This document shows, piece after piece, positions 29,622-38,367 of a stretch of DNA of 64,000 nt (the stretch's first letter is position 1; the number at the start of each line of letters is the position of its first letter). The stretch comes from Spirochaetia bacterium (lineage in GTDB: Bacteria; Spirochaetota; Spirochaetia; DSM-2461). The notes under the pieces are model-generated. The model was given only the letters and a program-made list of their open reading frames with translations, did no database searches and was not told where the DNA came from. The stretch lies in NCBI GenBank assembly GCA_963668315.1, contig OY764216.1, forward strand, positions 3,360,001-3,424,000, in the 5' to 3' direction. The translations under genes and the position numbers were made by a program.

Positions 29622-29889
29622 TGCTATGGACGAAGAGACAAAGGCAAGGCTGGCCGCTCTTGCCGACTTACCTGACTCTGAGATAGATACGAGCGATATC
29701 AAGGAATGGACCGATGAAGATTTCTCCCAGGCGGTTCCCTTTCATAATATCTATAAGCCCAAGAAGGAGCAGATAACGACCCGGATCGATTCGGATATCC
29801 TACTATGGCTCAAGAGTCATGGGAAGGGTTACCAGACGCTTCTGAATGATCTTCTGAGAAAGGAGATGATGATGGAGTGTAAGCGATAG
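29599..29889 (+). CDS. brnA: BrnA-family antitoxin
   Basis: 'IDTSDI', 'KEQITTRIDSDILLWLK...GYQTLLN'; overlaps brnT. Confidence 0.88.
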   Translation: MKQENGFSAMDEETKARLAALADLPDSEIDTSDIKEWTDEDFSQAVPFHNIYKPKKEQITTRIDSDILLWLKSHGKGYQTLLNDLLRKEMMMECKR

Positions 29890-29903
29890 TGTAAAATACT
29901 CTG

Positions 29904-30275
29904 TTAGGAGTTTGCTCTAATAAGGTCATCCAGTGTTTTGAGGATGGCCTTTTTTTTGGCTTCCGGAAGGGCTTCAATCTCTTTCATTCGTCGCATATAG
30001 CGCAAAGGTAATTCTTTTCTATAAGAAATATCGGAAAGGCCTAAAAGTTCGTCAGATGAAACCTGAAGGGCAATTGAGAATCCTTTTATCATTTCATCGT
30101 TAAGATGCAATCTTCCTCTTTCATAGTCGGTTACGAGTTTTTGACTGATGCCTATGATCTCTGCTAATTGTATCTGAGTTAATCCTCGCAGTTTTCTGAG
30201 AGTAGAGATTCTTTTCCCTATACTTATCTCGGGAGATTCATTTGAAAGAAGTTTAGTTTTCGCTACTTGTGGCAT
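29904..30275 (-). CDS. XRE-family HTH repressor
   Basis: 'IGKRISTLRKLRGLTQIQLAEIIGISQKLVTDYERG'; divergent from the replication operon. Confidence 0.88.
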   Translation of the reverse strand: MPQVAKTKLLSNESPEISIGKRISTLRKLRGLTQIQLAEIIGISQKLVTDYERGRLHLNDEMIKGFSIALQVSSDELLGLSDISYRKELPLRYMRRMKEIEALPEAKKKAILKTLDDLIRANS

Positions 30276-30297
30276 CTAGTCATAGTATATAATCTTA

Positions 30298-30326
30298 TTG
30301 ACGAATATACCATAATGGTATATAAT
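30298..30326 (+). promoter_or_regulatory. Sigma70 promoter with an overlapping palindromic operator
   Basis: TTGACG-17 bp-TATAAT; ATATACCAT-A-ATGGTATAT palindrome at 30305-30323. Confidence 0.75.
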
Positions 30327-30371
30327 AGAGGCTAGTAATATACTTGACACGGTTTCGTTGAAATCGTAAAA

Positions 30372-30490
30372 AGCCCTGATTCTACAGTTTGGCGACCGGA
30401 ATCAGGGCTGACAAAAAAACACAGAGGAGGAATCCTCCATGCTCTTTTATTTTACCCGAAATCCTTTCCCCGGTCAAAAGGTTCCTCCTC
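30372..30490 (+). promoter_or_regulatory. Structured 5' leader of the replication/integration operon
   Basis: AGCCCTGATTC/GAATCAGGGCT stem with GTTTGGCGAC in the loop. A second pairing, GAGGAGGAA/TTCCTCCTC, lies just before the RBS of 30504. Confidence 0.5.
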
Positions 30491-30503
30491 AAAAGGAGTC
30501 CCT

Positions 30504-30776
30504 ATGGACCAACTATCCACCTGTGACCTGTACGAGGCGGGTTACTACCTTCTGAACCGCTGCACCCTCGAAGGTGTGGAGACCACCGAACTTGACGGAA
30601 AGCTCAGCTGCCGGCTGATTCTGGCCGGTGAAAACACCGGGGAGCTGCAGACCCTCTACTTCCACAACAAAGCCCAGGTTAACCTCTTTGACTTCCGCCG
30701 GATGTACTCCCACTTGAACAAGGTTCTTTACGAAGCGAAGAAAGTCTACAAGAAAGAGAAGGGGGTACAGGCATGA
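30504..30776 (+). CDS. Small phage-like protein (DUF5659-like)
   Basis: AAGGAG ribosome-binding site; 'T-x-D-L-x-E-A-x-Y-x-L' N-terminus shared with the next ORF. Confidence 0.65.
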   Translation: MDQLSTCDLYEAGYYLLNRCTLEGVETTELDGKLSCRLILAGENTGELQTLYFHNKAQVNLFDFRRMYSHLNKVLYEAKKVYKKEKGVQA

Positions 30777-31042
30777 ACAACCCCGAAAACGACCGCCTGG
30801 TGACCTCCAACCTGGCCGAAGTCTGTTACCTTCTGGAAAACCACCATCGTCTGACCGGCGCGGAACTGGTCATGGGGAACATGGGAGCCGAGGAGATGCT
30901 TTTCACCCTTGAGGGAGAGAATATTCTGGTTTCCCGCCGTCTCTTCATGGGGGACACACGCGTCCGCCTGTCCAAGATACCCGCCACGCTGGATACAATC
31001 AGTGACTTTCTCTGGAAGCAGGTAGAGGAGGCGGAGCTATGA
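30773..31042 (+). CDS. Small phage-like protein, apparent paralog of 30504
   Basis: ATGA overlaps at both ends; 'TSNLAEVCYLL...LTGAE'. Confidence 0.65.
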   Translation: MNNPENDRLVTSNLAEVCYLLENHHRLTGAELVMGNMGAEEMLFTLEGENILVSRRLFMGDTRVRLSKIPATLDTISDFLWKQVEEAEL

Positions 31043-31779
31043 AAATTGTTTTCTCCAACCAAAAAGGCGGTGTAGGCAAGACCACCAGCTGCCGGGAACT
31101 GGGTATCTCCCTTTCTCTCCAGGGCAAGAAAGTCCTCCTTGTCGATACGGACCCCCAGGGCAACCTCTCCAAGAGCCTGGCGTACAATGAAACAGGACTC
31201 TACGACGCGTTGACAGACGGTATGGTTATCATAGAGCCTATTTCGGAAACTCTCTCCCTTCTTTCCGGAGACATCCGCCTATCCCTCCTGGAAAAGAATC
31301 TTTTAGGTGAGATCGATGCTTACCAGCAACTCTCAGAGTTGTTTGAACTGGACTGCTTCCAGAAGTTCGACTTCATCCTGATAGACACTCCGCCGTCTTT
31401 GGGAATCCTGACTCTGAACGCCCTGGTCGCCTCGGACGCTCTGGTGATCCCTGTGAGCTGTAGAATGTACTCCCTTCAAGGGACTAACGACCTGATGAAC
31501 ACGGTGAGCAAGGTTCGGAAGAACCTGAACCCCGACCTGAAACTCCTCGGTGTCCTTATCAATGCCTTTGACCGGGTTCCGGTAATCATGAGGGAGATAA
31601 AGGAGGAGATAGAAAAGGCCTTTGGGGAAGCGGTCTTCTCCCAGGTGATCAGCAAGAGCGTTCGGGTGGAAGAAGCTATCGCCGGTAAGAAGGGAATTCT
31701 GGAACTCTCTACCCGTGATCGTATCAAGGAGGAGATTCAATTTTTGACCATGGAGCTGATTTCTCGGAGCCGTCTATGA
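31039..31779 (+). CDS. parA: ParA/Soj-family ATPase
   Basis: 'NQKGGVGKTT', 'VDTDPQGN', 'LIDTPPSLG'. Confidence 0.93.
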   Translation: MKIVFSNQKGGVGKTTSCRELGISLSLQGKKVLLVDTDPQGNLSKSLAYNETGLYDALTDGMVIIEPISETLSLLSGDIRLSLLEKNLLGEIDAYQQLSELFELDCFQKFDFILIDTPPSLGILTLNALVASDALVIPVSCRMYSLQGTNDLMNTVSKVRKNLNPDLKLLGVLINAFDRVPVIMREIKEEIEKAFGEAVFSQVISKSVRVEEAIAGKKGILELSTRDRIKEEIQFLTMELISRSRL

Positions 31780-34667
31780 GCGCCCGCCTAAAAGAATCGA
31801 CTCTGAACGTGGGAGGCTTCCTTGATGAGTTCGAGAAGGACCAGGTCAAACGAGACGTGGATATCCTTTCCCTGTTCTCCTCCTTCGGGGTGAAGCTGGA
31901 AAGGAAGGGTAACAGTTATATGGGACTCTGTCCTTTCCATGATGACAAGAATCCCTCCCTTTCGGTGGACAAGGCCAAGGGCCTCTTTCACTGTTTCGGC
32001 TGCGGGGCTTCCGGCGACGTCTTTGACCTGGTGATGAAGCTCAAGGGAATGGATTTCAAGGAGGCTCTGGCCTATCTGAAAGTGCCCCTGGCGGCTTATG
32101 TTGAGACTCCGTCTCCCGTAAGGGTGACGGATGTCCAGCAACCGGCGGAGACGTTACCGGAACCGGAAGAGCCCGCTCCGGGCGCTAGTGTTGAGAGTGT
32201 CTTAGACACTACCTTAGGTAGTTCGGTTCTGGAAAAAGCAAACCTGGATGACCTGGTGTCTTATTACGAGAAGAACCTGGCCGGGAATACCAAGGCCCAG
32301 AACTACCTGAAAACCCGGGGCCTCCTGGACTGGGATCTCTTGAAAAGGTTCCGTATCGGTTTCTCCGATGGGAGCCTCAAGGGCCGTCTCTCCGAAGCCC
32401 AGTACTCCGAGTTCAGGGATAGGGGGATCTTCCAGCCGAAGGGACAGGAGACCTTTGTCAGCTATATCGTTTTCCCTTTGCTGGACGAGCAGGACCGGCC
32501 GGTCAGTCTCTACGGCCGGAAGATCGTGGACCGAAGCTCCCTACCGGCCCACCGCTACCTTAAGGGACCGCATAGCGGCCTTCTCAACGGGAAAGCCTTT
32601 GGTGTTTATAAAGATCGAATGATCCTCTCTGAGAGCGTCATTGACGCCCTTTCTCTGATGGCATTAGGCTTTCAGAACGTCTGTCCCGTCTACGGCACCA
32701 ACGGGGTCACCGGTGACCATTTTCGGATGATAGAAGAGAACCGGACGAAAGAGATTATCATAGCCTTCGATAACGACGAGGCGGGACGGAAGGCCTCCGA
32801 AGAGCTGGCCGGTCGTCTTCTTTCGCTGGATACTTCCGTGAGAGTCGTTTCTCCTCCTGAAACTGTCAGTGATTGGAACGAGGCCCTTCTGGCCTCGTCC
32901 CTGAAACAGGAGATAGAAGCCCTCATAGAAGCGGCCCCCTTGAGGAAACCGGAGAGCCTGGAATACCGCTCCGGGGTTCAGGTGGAAGAACGGGAGGGAA
33001 AATACTTCTTTACCGTCGGTTCTATTCTCTACCGGCTGATCGGTGTGAAAGAGGGTTTCGTTTCCTCTCTGAAGGTGAACATCCGGGCCGAGAAGGACGG
33101 GGAGAAGCACATAGACAACGTGGATCTCTTCTCCGCCCGGAGCCGGAGCAGCTTCGCCTATGCCCTGAGCCGCATCTTCGAGGTGGAGGCCGCCCGGGTG
33201 GAACGGGATCTGATCTCCCTTCTGGAATGGCTGGAAAGGGATCGGGACCGGAAACTCTCCGATCCCATTTCCATTATTGTCATAAGCCAGTCAGCCGTCG
33301 GTAAGAGCTACCTTATCGACACGGTCAAGAAGCTGATCCCTCCGGAGGATGTCCTTTCCATGACGAGCCTTTCCGACCAGGCCTTGAACTACCTTCCCGA
33401 GGAAGCCCTGCTTCACAAGTTCCTGATCATGGGAGAGGCGGTTCACTCCGATGCCGTGGATCACCAGATGAGGGAGATGCTTTCCGCCCAGGAGCTGAGC
33501 CGTCTGGTTACCACCAAGGACGAGAAGACCGGCAAGATGACAAGCCGCTTAGTCCGAAAGAAGGCCGTCGTTTCCGCCGTGATGAGTTCGGCCACCGGGG
33601 ATATCAACCCGGAGAACGCTTCCCGGTGCTTTGTTATCTCCACCGATGAGACGGAAGAGCAGACCCGGGCCATTCACCGGGAGCAGAGACGGAAATACTC
33701 GCTCGCGAGAATTCGGGAAAAACAGGAGGCTCTTCCTTCCATTGTGAAAGCCCACCACGCCGCCCAGAGGCTCCTGAAGGATGTGGTCATCATTAACCCC
33801 TTCGCCGACTATCTGGACTTCCCCGCCAGCCTCATGCGCTCCCGCCGGGACCATGAGCGTTTTATTGATTTGATCGCCTCGGTCTGCTATCTCAGGCAAT
33901 ACCAGAAACCTGAGCAGAAGGGGGGACTTAGTCCCCTTATTGAATGTGATCTTGAAGATTATAAGGTGGCCTATGACATCATGGTAAAGATCCTTCCTTC
34001 CACTTTATCGAACTTCCCCAAGAGCGCCCAGCTCCTGTATGAGACGATCCGGAGGATACTGAAGGAGAAGGCCGACCAGGAGAGCCTTCCTATTTCTGAG
34101 GTGTCGGTGACGCAACGGGAGATCCGGGAGCGGGAGGGACTGGAACACAACTTCGTGAAGCGGAACATCCGCCTTCTGGTGGAGTATGAATATTTGAACC
34201 AGAAAGGCGGCCAGAGCCGGGGCGGTAAGGCTTTTTACCGGATAAATCAGGACGGGCCGTTGTCCCTTTTTGATCTGTCGTCTATTCCCAAACCGGAAGA
34301 AGTGAAAGAACTTGTCAAAAGTGGGTCACGCCCTTTGACCCACTTTTATTTAAAGCGTGTAAAGGAGTTAGGAGAAAGTGGGTCAGGTTATGGAGAAAGG
34401 TATACCGAGAGAAAAGGTTTTCAGGGAGTTTTTGGTAGAGGAAAAGGTCCGGGGACGGACGGAGCAGAGCCTTTCCGGGGTACGCTCCCGGGTTCCCCTG
34501 TTCTTCCATTATCTGGAAGAGGAGAGAAGGGGAAATATCCTCACCGTAGGGATCAGGGAGGCCGCCGGTTACCAGGGCTGGCTTCTGAAAAGGAAGACTC
34601 AGGAGGGGAAGATTTATTCCGTCCGGACGGTGAACTCCTACTTTACCGCCGCCGGTTCCTTCTATGA
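31776..34667 (+). CDS. CHC2/TOPRIM primase-ATPase of element 2, probably damaged (internal 60-aa deletion, C-terminal read-through)
   Basis: Homologous to 22877..25573 but lacks GIEE...RRMK at 33260/33261. Homology ends near 34310 while the ORF runs on into the recombinase gene. Confidence 0.8.
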   Translation: MSARLKESTLNVGGFLDEFEKDQVKRDVDILSLFSSFGVKLERKGNSYMGLCPFHDDKNPSLSVDKAKGLFHCFGCGASGDVFDLVMKLKGMDFKEALAYLKVPLAAYVETPSPVRVTDVQQPAETLPEPEEPAPGASVESVLDTTLGSSVLEKANLDDLVSYYEKNLAGNTKAQNYLKTRGLLDWDLLKRFRIGFSDGSLKGRLSEAQYSEFRDRGIFQPKGQETFVSYIVFPLLDEQDRPVSLYGRKIVDRSSLPAHRYLKGPHSGLLNGKAFGVYKDRMILSESVIDALSLMALGFQNVCPVYGTNGVTGDHFRMIEENRTKEIIIAFDNDEAGRKASEELAGRLLSLDTSVRVVSPPETVSDWNEALLASSLKQEIEALIEAAPLRKPESLEYRSGVQVEEREGKYFFTVGSILYRLIGVKEGFVSSLKVNIRAEKDGEKHIDNVDLFSARSRSSFAYALSRIFEVEAARVERDLISLLEWLERDRDRKLSDPISIIVISQSAVGKSYLIDTVKKLIPPEDVLSMTSLSDQALNYLPEEALLHKFLIMGEAVHSDAVDHQMREMLSAQELSRLVTTKDEKTGKMTSRLVRKKAVVSAVMSSATGDINPENASRCFVISTDETEEQTRAIHREQRRKYSLARIREKQEALPSIVKAHHAAQRLLKDVVIINPFADYLDFPASLMRSRRDHERFIDLIASVCYLRQYQKPEQKGGLSPLIECDLEDYKVAYDIMVKILPSTLSNFPKSAQLLYETIRRILKEKADQESLPISEVSVTQREIREREGLEHNFVKRNIRLLVEYEYLNQKGGQSRGGKAFYRINQDGPLSLFDLSSIPKPEEVKELVKSGSRPLTHFYLKRVKELGESGSGYGERYTERKGFQGVFGRGKGPGTDGAEPFRGTLPGSPVLPLSGRGEKGKYPHRRDQGGRRLPGLASEKEDSGGEDLFRPDGELLLYRRRFLL
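34317..34385. repeat. AAAGTGGGTCA repeats, two direct and one inverted (candidate origin of element 2)
   Basis: AAAAGTGGGTCA at 34317-34328, TGACCCACTTTT at 34336-34347, AAAGTGGGTCA at 34375-34385. Confidence 0.65.
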
Positions 34668-35352
34668 ATACCTGAAACGAAAGAGCCTGGTTCCCGGGAA
34701 TCCCTTCCGATCCGTCCGCCAGGCCCGGGCCGATAAAACCCTTCCCCGGGATCTTCTCTCCGAGGAGGAAACGGACAGGCTCCTGGCCGCCCTCTTCACC
34801 TGGGAGGAGACCCGGGATATCCGCATCCCTTTGAGAAACTACAAGGTCCACCTCATGGCGGAGCTGATGTACTCCACCGGTCTCCGTATCGCCGAGCTGG
34901 CCGCCCTCAAGCCGGAGGACATCGACTTGAACGCTTCCCTTGTCCGGGTCTGGGAAGGGAAGGGGAGAAAGGACCGGATCTGCTACCTGAACGAGTATAC
35001 CCGTGAGATCCTAAGGATCTATTTGGAAGAGATGAGGCCGCTTCTCTCCGCCGGATGGAATGAAGGAAAGGAGACCCTCTTCTTCTCCTCCCGGGACCGC
35101 CTGGGTTCCGTAGCCAACAACCTCTTCAAAGACACTTGTAAGAAAAACACACTTAGTGTGCAGACCTGTCATGGCTTTCGTCATCTGATGGGATACCATC
35201 TTCTCCGATCCGGTTGTCCCCTTAGGTTCATTCAGCAGTTCCTCGGGCACTCCCGACTCCATACGACGGAGATCTATACCAAGGTGGATCAGGAGGAACT
35301 CAAGAACGTCATAGACCACTGTCATCCCCGACAGAGGAAAGCGGAGTTATGA
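34390..35352 (+). CDS. Tyrosine recombinase (XerC/D-like), element 2, first of pair
   Basis: 'MYSTGLRIAE', 'GKGRKDR', 'HGFRH', 'LGH...TEIYT'. Start is ATG 34390 or GTG 34378. Confidence 0.92.
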   Translation: MEKGIPREKVFREFLVEEKVRGRTEQSLSGVRSRVPLFFHYLEEERRGNILTVGIREAAGYQGWLLKRKTQEGKIYSVRTVNSYFTAAGSFYEYLKRKSLVPGNPFRSVRQARADKTLPRDLLSEEETDRLLAALFTWEETRDIRIPLRNYKVHLMAELMYSTGLRIAELAALKPEDIDLNASLVRVWEGKGRKDRICYLNEYTREILRIYLEEMRPLLSAGWNEGKETLFFSSRDRLGSVANNLFKDTCKKNTLSVQTCHGFRHLMGYHLLRSGCPLRFIQQFLGHSRLHTTEIYTKVDQEELKNVIDHCHPRQRKAEL

Positions 35353-36305
35353 TCTTCACGAGAGACCGGGCGGTCAATGTGATGAGGGAGTACATGAGAG
35401 AATCGGGCTATGCGGAGAGGACCGTCACGGGACGGGTTTACACTCTTCGCCGGTTCTTCGATTACCTGGGACCGGTAGATGTACGGGAAGTGAGCCGGGA
35501 AGATATCCACGGCTTTCTTCTGAGCCTGTCCGATACGGAATTGAAGCGTCACTCCAAGCAATTGATTCATAGCGCCATACGTCTCTTTTTCAAGGCTCTC
35601 TACGTGAAGGAGGTGATCCTGATTAACCCGGCGGAGGACTCCTTCTCCTTTCTGCCGGAGAGGGGGGAAACCAAGGTCATCTTTTCCGAGTCGGAGCTGG
35701 CCGGGTTTCTGGATAATATCGATATCAACAAACCCCTGGGACTCCGGGACAGGACTCTCTTTGAACTCCTCTATGCCACGGGGATGCGTTCCGGAGAGGC
35801 GGCCCGGCTCAGGGGGGAGGACATCAACGAAAAATCACGGACTATTCTGATCAGGCATACCAAGACCCGGCGGGACCGGGTGGTACCCGTTACGGAAACG
35901 GCCATGGCGTTTATTAAGATGTACCGGGGAAGGAGAAAAGGCGGCCCCGTCTTTCTGGGAACCGCCGGGCCGTTGCAGGGACCGGCCATGAATAACCGTT
36001 TCAAGGATCATCTGGCCGATCAGGGGATCTACCGGAAGGGACTGACCATTCATTCGCTGAGGCACTCGGCGGCGGTTCATCTTCTGCAGAACGGGGCGGA
36101 CATCCGGTATGTTCAGGAGCTTCTGGGTCATGATTCCTTGGAGAGTACGGTCATCTATACCCACCAGCTGCAGGAGGAACTCAAGCGGATCTATCGTACT
36201 CATCATCCCCGGGAGAACCGGTTTTTCAAGGAGGTGGATGAGGAGTACCGGCGGAAGATAGAGGAGCTGAAGGCTATGATTCTCTCGAAAGAAAAGAGCT
36301 GGTAA
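35349..36305 (+). CDS. Tyrosine recombinase (XerC/D-like), element 2, second of pair
   Basis: 'LYATGMRSGE', 'HSLRH', 'LLGH...TVIYTH'. Confidence 0.92.
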   Translation: MIFTRDRAVNVMREYMRESGYAERTVTGRVYTLRRFFDYLGPVDVREVSREDIHGFLLSLSDTELKRHSKQLIHSAIRLFFKALYVKEVILINPAEDSFSFLPERGETKVIFSESELAGFLDNIDINKPLGLRDRTLFELLYATGMRSGEAARLRGEDINEKSRTILIRHTKTRRDRVVPVTETAMAFIKMYRGRRKGGPVFLGTAGPLQGPAMNNRFKDHLADQGIYRKGLTIHSLRHSAAVHLLQNGADIRYVQELLGHDSLESTVIYTHQLQEELKRIYRTHHPRENRFFKEVDEEYRRKIEELKAMILSKEKSW

Positions 36306-36420
36306 TACCCTTGTTTCTGGGGTATGATTGTTTACGTATTATGACGGTAACCGAAAGTAAGCCTTCAGATTTTTTACCTCACGTTTTCGGGGAGGGTCTC
36401 CCGGATTTTGAAGGTTCATC

Positions 36421-37240
36421 TTACTTCAATGCTCGGTGGTATGATGCGGATACGGGGCGGTTTATTACAGAGGATCCGGTTAGGGACGGCCTATTGTGGT
36501 ATGCCTATGCTAACAATAACCCCATGAAGTTCACCGATCCGACGGGGATGAGGCTCTCTGATCCGACTGAGGGATTGGATGAACATGACTTAGGTGTTGA
36601 TACGAATCCAAGTGCGGATGATTCTGGTTCGGGGTCGAGTTCAAATAATGATGAAGAGATATCTGAAGAGGAAAAAATATATAATCAGAACCAACCAAGG
36701 GAAAATGGTTTGGAAGAACTTCTAAACTATGATAGATTTGGCCCTGATCCTGATTCCTTGAATTACAATGATTTTGGACTTGATCCTAATCAATTGGATA
36801 AGATTCAAGAGGAAGTAGATGCTCATCTTGGATCAGCTGGTGGATTATATGGGAATAAAAATATGTGTGATGATTGGGCAAAGGATAGACTTGATAATGC
36901 AGGAGTTGATACTTCTGATTTGTTCGCAGGTGATCCTAATGGTACCAAAGTTGCTCAGGATATTGAAAATGCCCAAGAAAAAGGATTAGGAAGTTCTTTA
37001 CCAAAAGAAGGTTGGAGCCTTGTTTTTATGGGTAAATCGAAAGCTGGACTTGACGAACATGCTGGCCTTCTTAAAATGAATAGTGATGGATCAGGGACTT
37101 TTTATGATTCCTCTAGTACAAATGCTAATCAACTACCAGAAGGGCATAATTTTGATAATTTTGAAGATAAGTTCTCAAAAAGAGGTGGTGATAAATATGG
37201 TCACTATGAAACTCAAATATTTATTCCAGTTAAACCTTAG
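36421..37240 (+). CDS. Orphan RHS C-terminal toxin module CT3 (putative NlpC/P60 papain-like Cys-His peptidase/amidase)
   Basis: Core repeat YFNARWY...DPTGM, then a tip with 'NMCDDWA' and 'DEHAGL'. Confidence 0.82.
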
Positions 37241-37245
37241 TAAAA

Positions 37246-38334
37246 ATGGGGGTCAGTTTGAAAAATAAAATATTAGTTTCATTACTTTTAGCAATAGCCC
37301 TTTCAGCTTGTTATTCTCAGGGGTTGATTTCCTTTTCGTATAACGGGAAAATCGGATATTTAAATGAGACATTGAACGTTATATTATCTCCTCAATATGA
37401 TTCTGGTTCAAATTTTTCAGATGGTTATGCTGTTGTTGAATTAGATGAGAAATCTTATGTGATTGATGTACATGGAAATATCTTATATTCGACAAATTCA
37501 AATAATATGCACTATCTCGGAGATTCATTATTTACCATGCAAGGTAATCATTTTTCTAATTTCGATGGATTATATCAAATTGTCAATATTGATTCAAAGA
37601 GAATCATAGCTGAAAGATTAGCAGAAGTGGATTGGGAAAGAGCTAGGGATAGTAGTGCAATATCTGTTTTATATTATGATAGTGATATCGGAATTTATTA
37701 TATCAATAGTGAGGGGGAGCCTCTTTTTGAAAATACTCCTATCTATGGAGGTTATTCATTTCAGGAAGGATACGCAGTCGTTATGGTTGATGATTGGCTT
37801 TCTGCAATTATGGATAATAATGGGAATCTCGTTGCTCAAGATTTCATGAGACTTGGTAGGTTCTTTTCTGAAGGATTATGTCCAGCTATGACAAAAGAAG
37901 GAAAGACTGGCTATGTGAATACTAATGGCCAATTTGTTTTTGAGATACCTTTAGATACTTCAGATTTAAACATGAGAAAAAGTACTCCTTTTGAAAATGG
38001 TCGAGCAATTATCAATTGTCTTGAAGATGAAGATTATTGGATTGTCATTGATAATAATGGAAATTATCAGTCTAGTGAAATTAGAGCTGATGATTGTTAT
38101 GGTTTTAACGAAGGAATGGCACTACTTCATAAATATTCTTATACTAATGATGAGCACACTTATGGTTATGTAAACTCACAAGGAGAGATTATATATGATT
38201 ATCAATTTTCCAAAGCCGATGATTTCTACAATGGTTATGCTCGGGTTATTATACAAGGTAGGGATGCGATTATAGATAAAGTCGGGAATATATATTATTC
38301 AAGTGATTTGATGAAAAATAACCCTAATCCATAA
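37246..38334 (+). CDS. WG-repeat lipoprotein, putative periplasmic immunity protein for CT3
   Basis: Signal peptide with lipobox (ALSA-C); repeated 'F-S/Q/N-E/D-G-Y/L-A ... GYV/I-N-x-x-G' units. Confidence 0.8.
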   Translation: MGVSLKNKILVSLLLAIALSACYSQGLISFSYNGKIGYLNETLNVILSPQYDSGSNFSDGYAVVELDEKSYVIDVHGNILYSTNSNNMHYLGDSLFTMQGNHFSNFDGLYQIVNIDSKRIIAERLAEVDWERARDSSAISVLYYDSDIGIYYINSEGEPLFENTPIYGGYSFQEGYAVVMVDDWLSAIMDNNGNLVAQDFMRLGRFFSEGLCPAMTKEGKTGYVNTNGQFVFEIPLDTSDLNMRKSTPFENGRAIINCLEDEDYWIVIDNNGNYQSSEIRADDCYGFNEGMALLHKYSYTNDEHTYGYVNSQGEIIYDYQFSKADDFYNGYARVIIQGRDAIIDKVGNIYYSSDLMKNNPNP

Positions 38335-38367
38335 TATGCATTGATTAAAACTATCTGATATGGAATA

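Larger units (their letters stand above)
29057..36420 (+). mobile_element. Integrative element 2 (BrnTA, XRE, two small genes, parA, primase-ATPase, two tyrosine recombinases)
   Basis: Full set of module genes, visibly more GC-rich than the toxin tips, ending at the RHS-core repeat at 36421. The left boundary is approximate; the mobile unit probably includes CT2/imm2 from 27604. Confidence 0.78.

Noticed and set aside
34320..34667. Genuine C-terminal domain of the 963-aa primase
   Set aside because: It has no counterpart in the element 1 paralog and overlaps the recombinase gene out of frame; treated as read-through.
36311..36420. N-terminal extension of the 309-aa ORF as real coding sequence
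   Set aside because: RHS homology starts abruptly at 36421; the upstream part is the structured element end read in frame from a TTG.
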